DNA of 64,000 nucleotides, from contig BDGG01000016.1 of assembly GCA_001949185.1 (NCBI GenBank), positions 434,001 through 498,000 on the forward strand, given 5' to 3'. Shown piece after piece: positions 13,401 to 24,300 of the stretch. Each line of letters starts with the position of its first letter. Within the stretch, counting starts at the first letter, position 1. The stretch is from Ramazzottius varieornatus. Its lineage: Eukaryota > Animalia > Tardigrada. The notes under the pieces are model-generated. The model was given only the letters and a program-made list of their open reading frames with translations. It made no database searches and was not told where the DNA came from. The translations under genes and the position numbers were made by a program.

Positions 13401-14700
13401 TCTTTTTGGCACGTTTATCCCTCAGTTCTTTTACTTTCTCCTCCGAGTTGATTCTGATGCATTCTAATTCTCTTTCAGCTCCCTGGAAAAAACAGAAGCA
13501 AAATTCTGTTTTTATGTGGAGGCAAAATGCTCACACGTCACTTCTCGCCGACCAGATTGAAACTGTTTTCTTACGTGGAGAGCAAGATAGCTTCTCGTGG
13601 TATCGACGATCATCGTTACTATCCTTTCTTTACCGCTTCGGATCAGCGACCCGACGTATTTCCACCTGACAGAACTCGATGCTTGAATTCCTCCTTCCGC
13701 GTTATCCGTGATGGTCTCGACCTTCTCACCAGCAACGACTTCCATACTGTGCACTCCATCGGCAAAAGACAGATCATACACCCGTATTTCTGCATCCACC
13801 GATCCCGTTATGAGACGGGCATCACCCAGCAGGACGAACTTGCACACCTAGGAAGCACAACCGTAAGCCATTTCCGGTGCACAATTCAATGTAAGGTAAG
13901 TGAGGTCATGTCATTGCATTGCATGTAATGTAGTGACGGACCGGAAGTGCTTACTTCGTTGTGATGTCCAACCAACGTCGCGCAACAGCGGTACGTCTGG
14001 AGATCCCATACTTTGAGCAAGGCATCTTTCGAGCTGGTGATGAGATAAGGATGACTATCCATAAACTTGCAGTCGGTGATGGGGGCTTTGTGGCCTTTCA
14101 ACCGGCAGACGGAAGTTTGTCCCACCACGTCCCATATGTACACTTCAGTATCCTGCGAATACATCACGAAAGCTTTGTTTTCATGCTTGTTCATCTGCTC
14201 GAACTGTATACTTAATTAAGGATAACTGTTACGAACACTGGACGCCGTGGCGAGAAGGGAGCCATCAGGGCTAAAAGCCACACATGTAGCTGCAGACTTA
14301 TGCGCCTTTTGGGAAAACACCAACTCTTCCGTCAGGAGATTGTAAACGGCAAGAGAGCCATCCGCGTAGCTGGCTGCTAAGAGCTTTTCGTTCTTCACAA
14401 AGACTAGACAGGTGACGTTGGCTTGCACGGAGGAGAACCGAAATACCTGCACCCAGAGAAGAGGGATTACTTCGGATGGAATAAATACTTTGATTATGTT
14501 TGTCTTACGGTTTCGTTCCGTCGAATATCCCAAACATAGATGATTTCGCTACAAGCGAAACAAACCCAATGAGGTCTGGTGCGATTCCGTCCCTTGAATT
14601 CAGCTTCTCCTTGGATAGCAGCGATGTTGCTGCGTTGAGATGCGAGGAAATTGAGAACGCCGTCAGGCACATAACGGAGGTACTGCTTGGTAAGTCCCAT
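10478..14700 (-). CDS. WDR3: WD repeat protein 3 / Utp12 (Dip2), SSU processome component
   Basis: N-terminus [10 protein letters not shown]; WD repeats [68 protein letters not shown]; C-terminal Utp12-like [18 protein letters not shown]. Confidence 0.95.
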
Positions 14701-15250
14701 GGCGTACCGCACCCGGTTGATCCACGGTGAAAAACGATGATCCGTCTCCACTCACGCTCCCTTTCGCGCCCAGTTCTCACGATCAAAGAATTTTCTCGAA
14801 CTGGACGGATAATAACGTGCAGGATGATTTGCGTGAAAGAATTCAATTTCGCAAATGAACACCATAACATGAGAATCTTGGCCAATCAAATTTCGATTTT
14901 GGAAGAATGAAGAATCCATTGCGCAATTCAGCGACTCAGGAACCGGGTAGGGAAACTTCCTCAGTCCAGTCGGTTCTCCGACTTTTCGCCGGGCATCACG
15001 TTATTTCTAATTTGAGTTCCGTCAAAAAATTGCCAAAAATCCGGACAGGCTGCCCGGGGCAAATCCCGCTCTGAAATGTGTGAAGTTCACAGTGTGAACT
15101 TCTGTACTGTAGTTCTGTTTCTCATGTTTCCTTCAGTGACCTTCCCTACGAATTCGGAGAAGAACTGAAGAAGCCTAAGGTGTTCCTTCTCTTAAACCGA
15201 TGAGAAGCTGAGCGATTGGGTTGTTCTTGTGGTAGGAACCTTTGTAGATA

Positions 15251-16390
15251 GCGAAGAAGCAGAAGACTGTGAAGACATCTGGTCGCCATGATCCTAACGT
15301 GCTTTCGAGCCCTTTCACCTTCGGAGAATTACTTCCGCGTATTCCACTACACGGAAGAAGTCTTTGGTTATATCGATAGCCGGAAAAGTACAAGATTGCG
15401 CAGGTGAGGCTTGAGGCTTTTCGCCTTCAGTTTTTGGACAATTACCCAGATCGTTAGCCGTTATCGTTAGCCGTTCTTGCTTCTTTACGGTTTCCTTGTT
15501 TTAGATTTTTTCTGAATGGAATTCCATGATTCTTCGAAGTCCAGCGGGGAGAGCGGGCATTGCTGTGTTGAGTGGTGCAGAGCGTGTGATAGTTGGAAAG
15601 AACTGGGAGCATATATCGAGCAAAGCCTACTCGTCTGACGAGAATTCGGCTTTCAAATTGATGGAGCTGAACTCGATCGCCCATTTGATCTTCCTGGACG
15701 GTCGCTCGGGTTCTTGGGATGTTGCCTATCACCAGCTCAACTGCTCGTTCCACATTCTGCCCTGTGGTGAAAAATCTTACATATCACGGGGGTGAAGTTG
15801 ATCGTGACAGGACACGCTTATGGTGGCTAACGGGAGTCGAAACGATCAGTCTCGTGGACTTTTCATTCAAGGTACGTGGCGGCAGGTTTGACTTCGGCAG
15901 CTGACCCAGTTCCAAACCATTCTGGAAGAGAGCTCTGCAAGATATAAAAGACAGACCTGTCCGCATGAAGGCGAAGGCAGGGTGGGGTAGGTTTTTCGAC
16001 CGGCAATGGCTGGTTTCCATCACTTTCCCAGTACTCTGTGTGCCTTCCAAACCGAAGGATGTGGATGCATGTATCCAGACCAGCAGAATCTCCTTTAGTC
16101 GTATCCGGAAGAGCGATTACAGTGGCTGCTAAACTCGCTCGATAAGAGTTCCTCATATTTCCGTATTTTTTTAGAGCTTGGCAAAGCTTGATAAAACGCA
16201 ATATAGCCACATAAGGCACGGAATCCGTGCCACGGATGATGGGCGTGAGCTAAACAGCATGGATCTGGCGTTCCTGGGACGACTTCTTGATCGCATGCGA
16301 GTAGATAAATTATTACCGCAGTTGCAACCTCCTCCTTTCCTTTTTCCCAACGACTTTGAACTTTTCCACGTTTCTCTTAGTCTTAACTAA
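15251..16390 (+). pseudogene. F-box-like family pseudogene (copy 1)
   Basis: AKKQKT...SPFTFGELLPRIP, then frameshift to TEEVFGYIDSRKSTRLR|gt; next exon FSEWNSMILRSPAGRAGIAVL with further frameshifts; C-terminal LNSMDLAFLGRLL...QPPPFLFPNDF shared with copies 2 and 3. Confidence 0.7.
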
Positions 16391-16843
16391 CCACAACGCG
16401 TCACGAAATCATCGAAATGGTAGCTTGTAAAATGGAAGTTTTGAAATGGAAGCCTTGTAAGTTCTACCAGTAGTAAATCATTATTCGTTTCTATTGTTAT
16501 TACGCAGGTTGCGATTTCTCAAGGGTCCAAAACAAATCGCAGAGAAATGGCAAATCAAACATGGAAAATGAAAGTTAGCCCGCCCACGAGCCAATCAGGC
16601 GAGAGATTCTTCTATTTCGATGCGATTTCGAATTTCCGTGCTTTTCCGCTCCCATCAAAACTGGGGGAGCCACCTCAACTGCCCCTAAACACGGAAATTC
16701 AAGATCAGCTGCCATACCGTTCATTGATTTACTGATACTTCACATCGACTTCTGTGCCACCTGGGGGTTCAGTGGTGCGTGGGACCCTTCACTCAATTTG
16801 AGCGGTTTCCCAGCAGTCGCATGTTCTGGTCATAGAAAGCTGT

Positions 16844-18387
16844 GTGCTCATGATCTCCCCTTCCGATTTTGAAGTATTCTTCCTAGTTGTAACCCGCACC
16901 ACAGGTATGGCTGCGGGAGGAAGTGCCGATGAGACGTTGAGGGGATACCAGGCGATCGGGTTACTCAACACGGAGAACGGGCAGGTGACTTACTTCGACG
17001 CGCAGGCGATAACTTACGAATTCTTCACACCAGATTCATCGATTCTATCTTACTCCCCGACCAGTCCTGATGTTGGAAGTCCAACTAGCGAAGTTGGAGA
17101 TCCAACTGGTCCCGAGAAAGACGATGTCAAGTCAGAGGACGAGATGGTGGACTTTAGTTACAAGCCAAAGAAGCGTGGCCGTACAGCGATCGCGAACAAG
17201 GACGATTCTGAAGAAGGTACTGCTTACCAGTTCTTTACAAGAGTGAAGACTGTTATGCAGTGCAGCCCGTATCAGTTCCCACATGGCTCGCCAGAGCACC
17301 AGGCCTGCTGGGGTCGGATCGTCAAGGATTTGCAGCATAGAAAGATTATCCGTGGGTCAGCCAGAACAAAGGAGGACCTAGTCGCTTACCTGAATCGACA
17401 TCTGTCTGCTTTCCGCCTGAAACAAAAGACGCCTCGAACCGGAGAAGAGTTAGACGGGAAAGGGCCAGACTGGACTGATCGAGACTTGATTCTGTCGGAC
17501 TTGTTCGACCAAGTCAGCGCGAAGGCAAGAGCGAATGTCTCGAAGATGAAGATTGCTGAAGGAAAAAGACAAGCAGCGCACGAAGCCATCGGTCTGGGCT
17601 CCAAAACTGGACGGAAGATATCTGATCTCAAGGCAGCTGCTAAATCCATATCGTTCTCGGAGGTGGAGAAGAGCTTGGACATCGAAAAGACCAAGCCTAG
17701 CGAAGCAGACCATGTCAACCAGCTGAAAAAGACTGGCAGAAATTGACGAAGAATTTCCTTGAATAGACATGAATATTTCTTACCTGACAATGCCTCCTCT
17801 TTTTCAGAGGACAAGCGGCTTGGAGCTCCAAGCTTTGTTGGATCTCCAACTTCAACCACCGTCGACATAAAATTCTCGTCGATAAGCGAGTCCGAAAGAC
17901 CAAAGCAGGTTGGAGCTCAAACAAAGCCAAAGACAGGAGTGGATCGGAGAATCAAGGACTCGAGCTCGAGAATCGGTAGGACCTTATATTTTAACTGTTC
18001 TTTTATAACATTGACTTTGCAAAAATACTTTTGGTAGAACAATGTACTGGGATAATGAACAAACCGAGCGCCGGTGAAGAAAGCGAGGAGGAGATTCGCA
18101 AGAGGGCTATGGATCGACCGTTCGAGCGTCGTAATGATGAGTTGCTGGCGAAGATGGACGAAGATACCGAGTCTGCCGCGAAAAGACAACTAGATCTTAT
18201 CCATGATAAAGAGCAGCGGGAGAAAGATCGGCAGTTTCAAAAGGAAGAAACGGAGAGGGAACGCCAGTACAAAAGAGAGGAGCAAGAACGTACTTGGCAA
18301 CTCATGTTCCAATCGCAGGCTCAGCTGCTAGAAAAAGTCATTAATAATAAATCTGGTTTCCAAGTCGGTGAACATAATTCAGAGTGA
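16844..18387 (+). CDS. Harbinger accessory Myb/SANT/MADF-like DNA-binding protein with C-terminal coiled coil (probably 3 exons)
   Basis: PYQFPHGSPEHQACWGRIVKDL, RTGEE and EREKDRQFQKEETERERQYKREEQER; likely exons 16844-~17735, 17808-17975, 18038-18387 (first donor non-canonical or mutated). Confidence 0.6.
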
Positions 18388-18426
18388 ATCTTTAATTTGG
18401 AGTTCCAAATGCTTGGAGATCCAAGC

Positions 18427-19470
18427 TCAGTTTTTGTCGAGATAACGCTCTAGATCTGGTGAGTCTATATTAAACATAGACTTCGCTATTCCGAATCCAT
18501 AAACACAGGTATGGCAGTTCGTCAGAAAAGCAGAAACAATGTAGCTCGTGGCCACCTGCTGAAGAAATAGTTTATTATTTTGCTGGTAATTACCAAAAGC
18601 GAAATACTGGTTAATTTTTCCAAACCCGCTCTCAACAACTATTCGACAAGAGGCCATATCTTCGTTGAATTTCTTTTCTTCCGTCACGTCTGCGCCTTTG
18701 AAAGAACGCTGAACAATGTCCGAGATGCCGTAGCCTCGATCCCCGAATACGCAGTACAGCGTTTCCGTTCTTCATTCTTTGCTCAGAGGCGAGCAATTAG
18801 GTTGCTCTGAGCCAGCATGAAACAGTCGTGCCCTCTTCCCTCTGCTGGTCCCCACAAATTCACTATCAAACCGTCGGAAACTACAATGCTTTGCCACTTG
18901 TGGACGTGCAGTCGACAATGTCCGCTGTAGTAGTCCCTTTGATCAGCTCCCGGTCGACAGATTGGCCGAGCAGTTCCGTCCACAAAAGACCAGCAATCGT
19001 TTAAAAAAAACCACTGGTTAGATATTTGAAGATCCAAATAGGTTGGGGTTCCAACATCAAGACATACCATATCGTCCACCGCGTCGGTAAACAGCACGCG
19101 CATAACGTTCGACGTCTTCTCGGGCCAGCCAGGATTTATCCAGCGATTCTAGTCGATGGCAGCGCTTCGAATACAGCCAGTCTACCATCGTGTTGTAGAT
19201 CCTAGATAGCTGCGTAACGTCTCGTCCAAGCAGATCTGCTAGATCTATCCACCTCGAAGGATAAGCCATCCTTCGTAGCACTACCGCAAAAGCTACCTCG
19301 CCAGTAACACGGGTTCCATTGGAGCAAGTCATGATGGCTGGAATTTCCAGGCGGTGGACCAAATAAAGAAAATCATTGTAATTATGCAACCAGAAGTGAG
19401 CTCTGAAAATTACATCGGCCATTTCCGCTAGTTCCGGGGTATGTCGAACGTAGTAGGGCTCAGTCAGCAT
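18427..19470 (-). pseudogene. Harbinger DDE (DDE_Tnp_4-like) transposase, disrupted
   Basis: LRRMAYPSRW, FVDGT, YSGH, GRGHD, FGDRGY, RIVVESGFG and LTNCHTCVYG motifs; stop and frameshift near 18783, frame problem across the ~19016-19069 intron. Confidence 0.85.
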
Positions 19471-19980
19471 ATTCTGTCAGCGCATAGTAGGTTCGTCGCC
19501 GTCCGGATAACCGTTCTTGCTCTTCGAAAAACTGGACCATTCGCGAAGGGGACTCGGACATCGTGGAATTTGGAGCTCCAAACAGCCTGGAGCTCCAAGC
19601 GAGAAGCAACGGTAACCTCAAACGTACAAGCGAGTCGCAGGTGATTCTGAGCTAGTACCAAAGATAACAACCAGCTTGGAGCTCCAAGCAGCAGTGCGTA
19701 CTCCTATCCTCCGTTGGATGATGAAGGAAGAACCTTCCTTGAAGATCGTTTGCTGGGACGTAAGCGATGACCAAGCAATGGAACACGAAGAGTAACTTCC
19801 GATGAAAATACGAATAATTTTCTGTGCGAAACCCTTGTGTGAAATTCGCACGCAGAAAAAACGAAAATCATGGACATTGTAATTCAGCAATTTCTATTTC
19901 CATTTCTGTGCGATCGATTTACCGTGCGTTTTGACCGATCAAGAAATCGCAATCAGCCTATTACGAGGGAAAAACATATA

Positions 19981-20125
19981 CTGTAAATATTCGCTGCGTC
20001 CGCGCAGTACGTACAGGTACGTGACGATGCACCCCCGTAGAAGGTTGCGCAATTCGTGAAACTGGACCGGGGCTGTACTTCACCTGTACGATGACGTATT
20101 GCGCGGACGCAGCGAATATTTACAG
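19981..20125. mobile_element. Tc1/mariner-pogo-type MITE (145 bp)
   Basis: 26-bp TIR CTGTAAATATTCGCTGCGTCCGCGCA / TGCGCGGACGCAGCGAATATTTACAG, TA on both sides. Confidence 0.85.
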
Positions 20126-20356
20126 TACCATAATTATATGTACTTACTGTACACATTTCATAAAGGTTTACAAATTTTACAAAGATTCGCATTTAGGCGC
20201 TCATGTTAGCTTTAATGAATTGACGAACGACTTTTGTCGGGTTTCCATGAATCACAACTGGAGGCTGGCATTGCCTAAAATCAAATTAAATTTTCGCATA
20301 GTGATGGTACTATGGTCAATCACAGCTAGATTCTGCATCCTTTCCACATCTGAGAT

Positions 20357-20469
20357 GTCGCCAAATGATTTCACCCGGGTCATTGTCTCAAGTGGCGCAC
20401 CTCTTCATTAGTATTGAATAAAAACGTGCGCCACTTGGGTAAACGATTCGGGCTGATTTATTTGACGAC
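20357..20469. repeat. Palindromic 25-nt-spacer element (intergenic copy)
   Basis: CAAGTGGCGCAC (20389-20400), 25 nt, GTGCGCCACTTG (20426-20437); outer arms GTCGCCAAATGA.../...TATTTGACGAC. Confidence 0.8.
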
Positions 20470-21177
20470 CTCACATCTGGTCCTAATACTTACTTTGTAA
20501 GTTGCGTATCCTTAACCCGGGAAATCTTAAATAAGGATATTTTGCCACGATTAACTCGGATTAGGTACGTGATGCTTTTGTGGTCCTCCACAGATTGCAT
20601 TTGGTCATTTCGGAGACATCGTCGCGGCCAAGGAAGTGACGGATGGCAGTTCTCTGTGGTAGTTGAAAAGCCAGCTCGAACTCGAAGACGTTAGGATTCC
20701 TTCGGTGTGATGGAATGCAGTCTCAAGCTGGTGGCGCTGAGGACTTGTTGACTGCATGCGAAGAACTCTCCACTTGAGCACAGCAGGCCATGGGCACCCG
20801 AGCTGGTGACGTTGAAGAAGAAGAAGCATTTGTACCGATGGTCCAAATAAAGCCAGGCCGCGCCTCCCCTTCCTTCCCTGCTTCCGGCAGGCACTTCCAC
20901 TTCTCTTGCAAGTAAGAACGCAGCAAGCCAGCAGCAAAGACGTTGTTTACTAAAATAGCCACAACAGATTCTGTTACAATGTTGCATTCATCGACAGGCT
21001 GCCCTCGGTCTCCCTTCAGACTTCCTACATTACGTTCGAAGATCGTACTGTAGGCAAGACTCCGTAAAGCCACAACGTCAAAGCCCTTCTTGGTAACTTA
21101 AGACTTCGTTGGATGTACGTACGAAATAGAAATTTCGTATATTGAACGTGGCTTCGACATGAGCGTTTTTGCCGAAG

Positions 21178-21220
21178 TATATAAGCATTTTGCCACGTCG
21201 GAGGAACTTTCAAAGCAGTT
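21178..21220 (+). promoter_or_regulatory. Candidate TATA box and initiator for the myosin gene
   Basis: TATATAAG at 21178 with GCAGTT ~37 nt downstream, ~190 bp upstream of the ATG. Confidence 0.3.
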
Positions 21221-21365
21221 TAGGAACAGGCTCAGTGCTCAGTTGCAGGGTAGCGATTCACTCACTACGTTGCACCTTCCCAGATTCCTTCTTTTTCTTC
21301 CCGCTCTTCTAGCGAGTCTTTGTTGATTGTTTCTCTTGTGTTGAAGAACCACTAAGACAGTCAAG

Positions 21366-24300
21366 ATGGTGAAGCAAGGACCCCCCGCCGATGCCGAAGA
21401 GCGCGACCCAACTCCCTTCTTGCGTCCCTCGTTGGACATGCAACGTGAAGACCAGAACCGTCCCTTCGATGGCAAGAAGTCCTGCTGGGTGCCGGATGAG
21501 AAGGAAGGCTTTGTGCCCGGTGAAATCAAATCGACCAAGGGAGACCAGGTCACCGTCTCCGTCGAGAAGCAAGGAGTAAGTACCACCTCTCTGGCCTTCT
21601 CTTTAGCCTGTGTGAAGATCCAGAAGCAAGATTCTTATGGTTCGCCTTTTGCGCATTTTAGGAGAAGACCTTCAAGAAGGATCAGATCCAACAAATGAAT
21701 CCGCCCAAGTTCGAGAAGTGCGAGGACATGTCCACCCTGACTTACTTGAACGACGCCAGTGTTTTGCACAACCTTCGTCAACGATACTACAAGGATTTCA
21801 TTTACGTAAGTGGTGTGATCTTGATACCTATGTTGACACTTGTGGAAAGTTTTCACCGGTTGATCTGCTGCAAAACCATCCCGACCCCAAACAAGAAGTA
21901 TTACAGTTTCCATCTTCGGAATGTTGTTTTCTATGAGCAAAAGGCTGCAGCTGAGTGACTTTTCTTCGACCATGAATTTACAAAAGCCAAATCTCATAAA
22001 GCGGAATTTGTTTCCCGAACTGAAAAATTAGAATTGTGGGATTGTTGAAGCGAAAGGTAAAAAATTTCATTTCGTTTCTGCATAGTCCGGTAGTTTTCGT
22101 TCAGATGTTGGCTCAGTGTAAGGGATTGGGGAGGGACCAGTCTTTTGGGCGTTGCCTGTGGTTCTTGGTTCTGCCTTTGACGTCTTGACATTACAGTCTC
22201 CCCCAGTCGAACCCGCGCATTTCCATAAAGAGGCATTTTGCAGTTGACTGTAGCATATGCCGCTTCTAATAATAAACAAGCACTGGGCTGGTAGAGGCTT
22301 GCCTGGAGAAAAACAACTGTTACCGCCACAGTTGATGGGTGTATCCTTCAGCCAAGTTTATTTTTGACCCACATAATGAATTACATTTCGAAACGTGCAG
22401 CTGTCAAAAGATCAAGTTCTAATAAATCCCGCAAACGAAACGTTTGTGACGCCATGAAACTTCCCAGATGGCGCTTTTGAATTCCCCCTGTATCATGTTA
22501 CTCATACTTTTTCCTCTTCTTACAGACCTACTCTGGCCTCTTCTGCGTCGCCATCAATCCTTACAAATGGCTGCCCATCTACAACAAGAAGGCTGTGTCC
22601 GTCTTCAAGGGTCGCCGACGAGCGGAAGTGCCTCCCCACGTCTTCGCCATCTCCGATGTGGCTTACAGCAACATGTTGATGGGTCAGTCTTTATCAACCA
22701 CTATGACCATAGAAAATTAAAAAGCCAAATCTTGAAAGTATGAATGACAATCCGGGAAGTGAGCCGCATCGGTTTCCAAAGCGGCGCATACTTTCAGCCA
22801 AAAACAATGAAAACGTGAGCCACTTGAAATAATGATCCGGTTGATTTCATTTGCATACGTCTCAAATGATGAATCAAAATATTTTTCTAACCTTTGGCTT
22901 TTGCTTTGCAGATCGGGAGAACCAGTCTATGTTGATTACGTAAGTATCGAGCTTCCCTCAAGTACCACGTTTCACCTTACCTTCCCGAATCCCATACCTC
23001 TCCCTATCGAGAGACCAGAGGCAGGAGAATCAGAGACTTCAGAGTTGGGCGATGGTTTAACCTTTTCGTTTGCCATGTTTAGCGGTGAATCGGGTGCCGG
23101 TAAGACGGAGAACACTAAAAAGGTTATTCAGTACTTCGCCGAAGTGGCGGCCTCGTCCAACCTGCAAGGAGTGGAGAAGCTAAAGTTTGCAGGAGGTGTA
23201 AGTGTGAACCCTTCCCTTTCCCATACCTTACCTCTTGTGTCCTGTCTTTTTGACGGTCCATGCATGACTAACCAATCCAATCCAACCCAACCCAACCCAA
23301 CCCAACTCTACCCAAATCCGCCTATCCCGCAATCGACCTCGAGTGCATAATACCCAAACGATCCCCATTCCACCAACCCTGAGTGAATCGTGCGAATCGG
23401 GCCTCTTGATCTAGCCGGTCTTACGTCACAGTGATCATACCGCGATGGACGTATGTAACACTGGCAAATTGCACGGTGATCTGAGTCGCCCGAATCCGTC
23501 TTCCCAGTGTGATATCCTATCCAATTCCTCAAAAACCTAACGATCTTCCTGATTCAGTTCCCAACATCAGAACCTCTAATCTCCCTCCACCGTTTCCTAT
23601 ATTTCTGTTTCCCACCTCAGTAGAAGAAACGGAGATTAGGCTTGTTTGACGTAGTAAAATAGGTGTCGGTCGACAGGAAGTTCGAATAGGCTCTTAGGCT
23701 TTGAGGGAACTGAAATTTTCTATTAATGGTTGAATGCCTTGCAGTGGTGAGTCTGGTGCAGGAAAAACCGAGAATACCAAGAAGGTCATTCAGTACTTCG
23801 CTGATGTGGCTGCCACCAGCGGAACTTCTCCCGGCATGGAATCAATGATGAAGAAGGTTAATCAAAAAATAATGATTGTTTCAAAATTTGTTTGGAGTGT
23901 GGCATCCCAATCGATCTGTTGAATAACGAAAAGCCCCCTAGACTTCCCAGAAAATTTTCCTTGAGGAATAAATAACCCTTTTGCATCCCCACAGTCAGTT
24001 TCCCTTCCAACAGATTCGTTCACTCGGCTTTGTGCTCGTTACGACTGCCTGCGACTAACGGCTTGATGGCTAATTCGCGGTAAATCCATCTACAGCAGCT
24101 GGAAAGTGGAAGGCATCGGTATACATTGACGAGGAAGTCCAAACAGGGTCTCGCGGTCTCGAGTTCTTCATAATTCGGTAGTACGACGCGAAACCTTTCC
24201 CTCAACCTCTCCACCCAACCCAAGTTGACTCTTTTCTAAATTGAAGTCATTTGACAGCGTTGTGATGAAACTTTTAGTGGGGAATCTGGTGCTGGTAAGA

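Larger units (their letters stand above)
16503..19958. mobile_element. PIF/Harbinger-type DNA transposon, decayed (Myb/SANT-like gene plus DDE nuclease, convergent)
   Basis: Imperfect TIRs CGCAGGTTGCGATTTCT..CAAAAC..ATCGCA.AGAAA versus reverse complement of right end GGCTGATTGCGATTTCT..CAAAAC..ATCGCA.AGAAA, both flanked by TA; two genes inside. Confidence 0.8.

Noticed and set aside
15082-15102. 21-bp palindrome GAAGTTCACA-g-TGTGAACTTC
   Set aside because: Single short instance with no supportable function.
20605-21213. Overlapping short ORFs upstream of Mhc
   Set aside because: No homology or splice logic; more likely the Mhc regulatory region. MEF2-like and CArG-like words there do not match full consensus.
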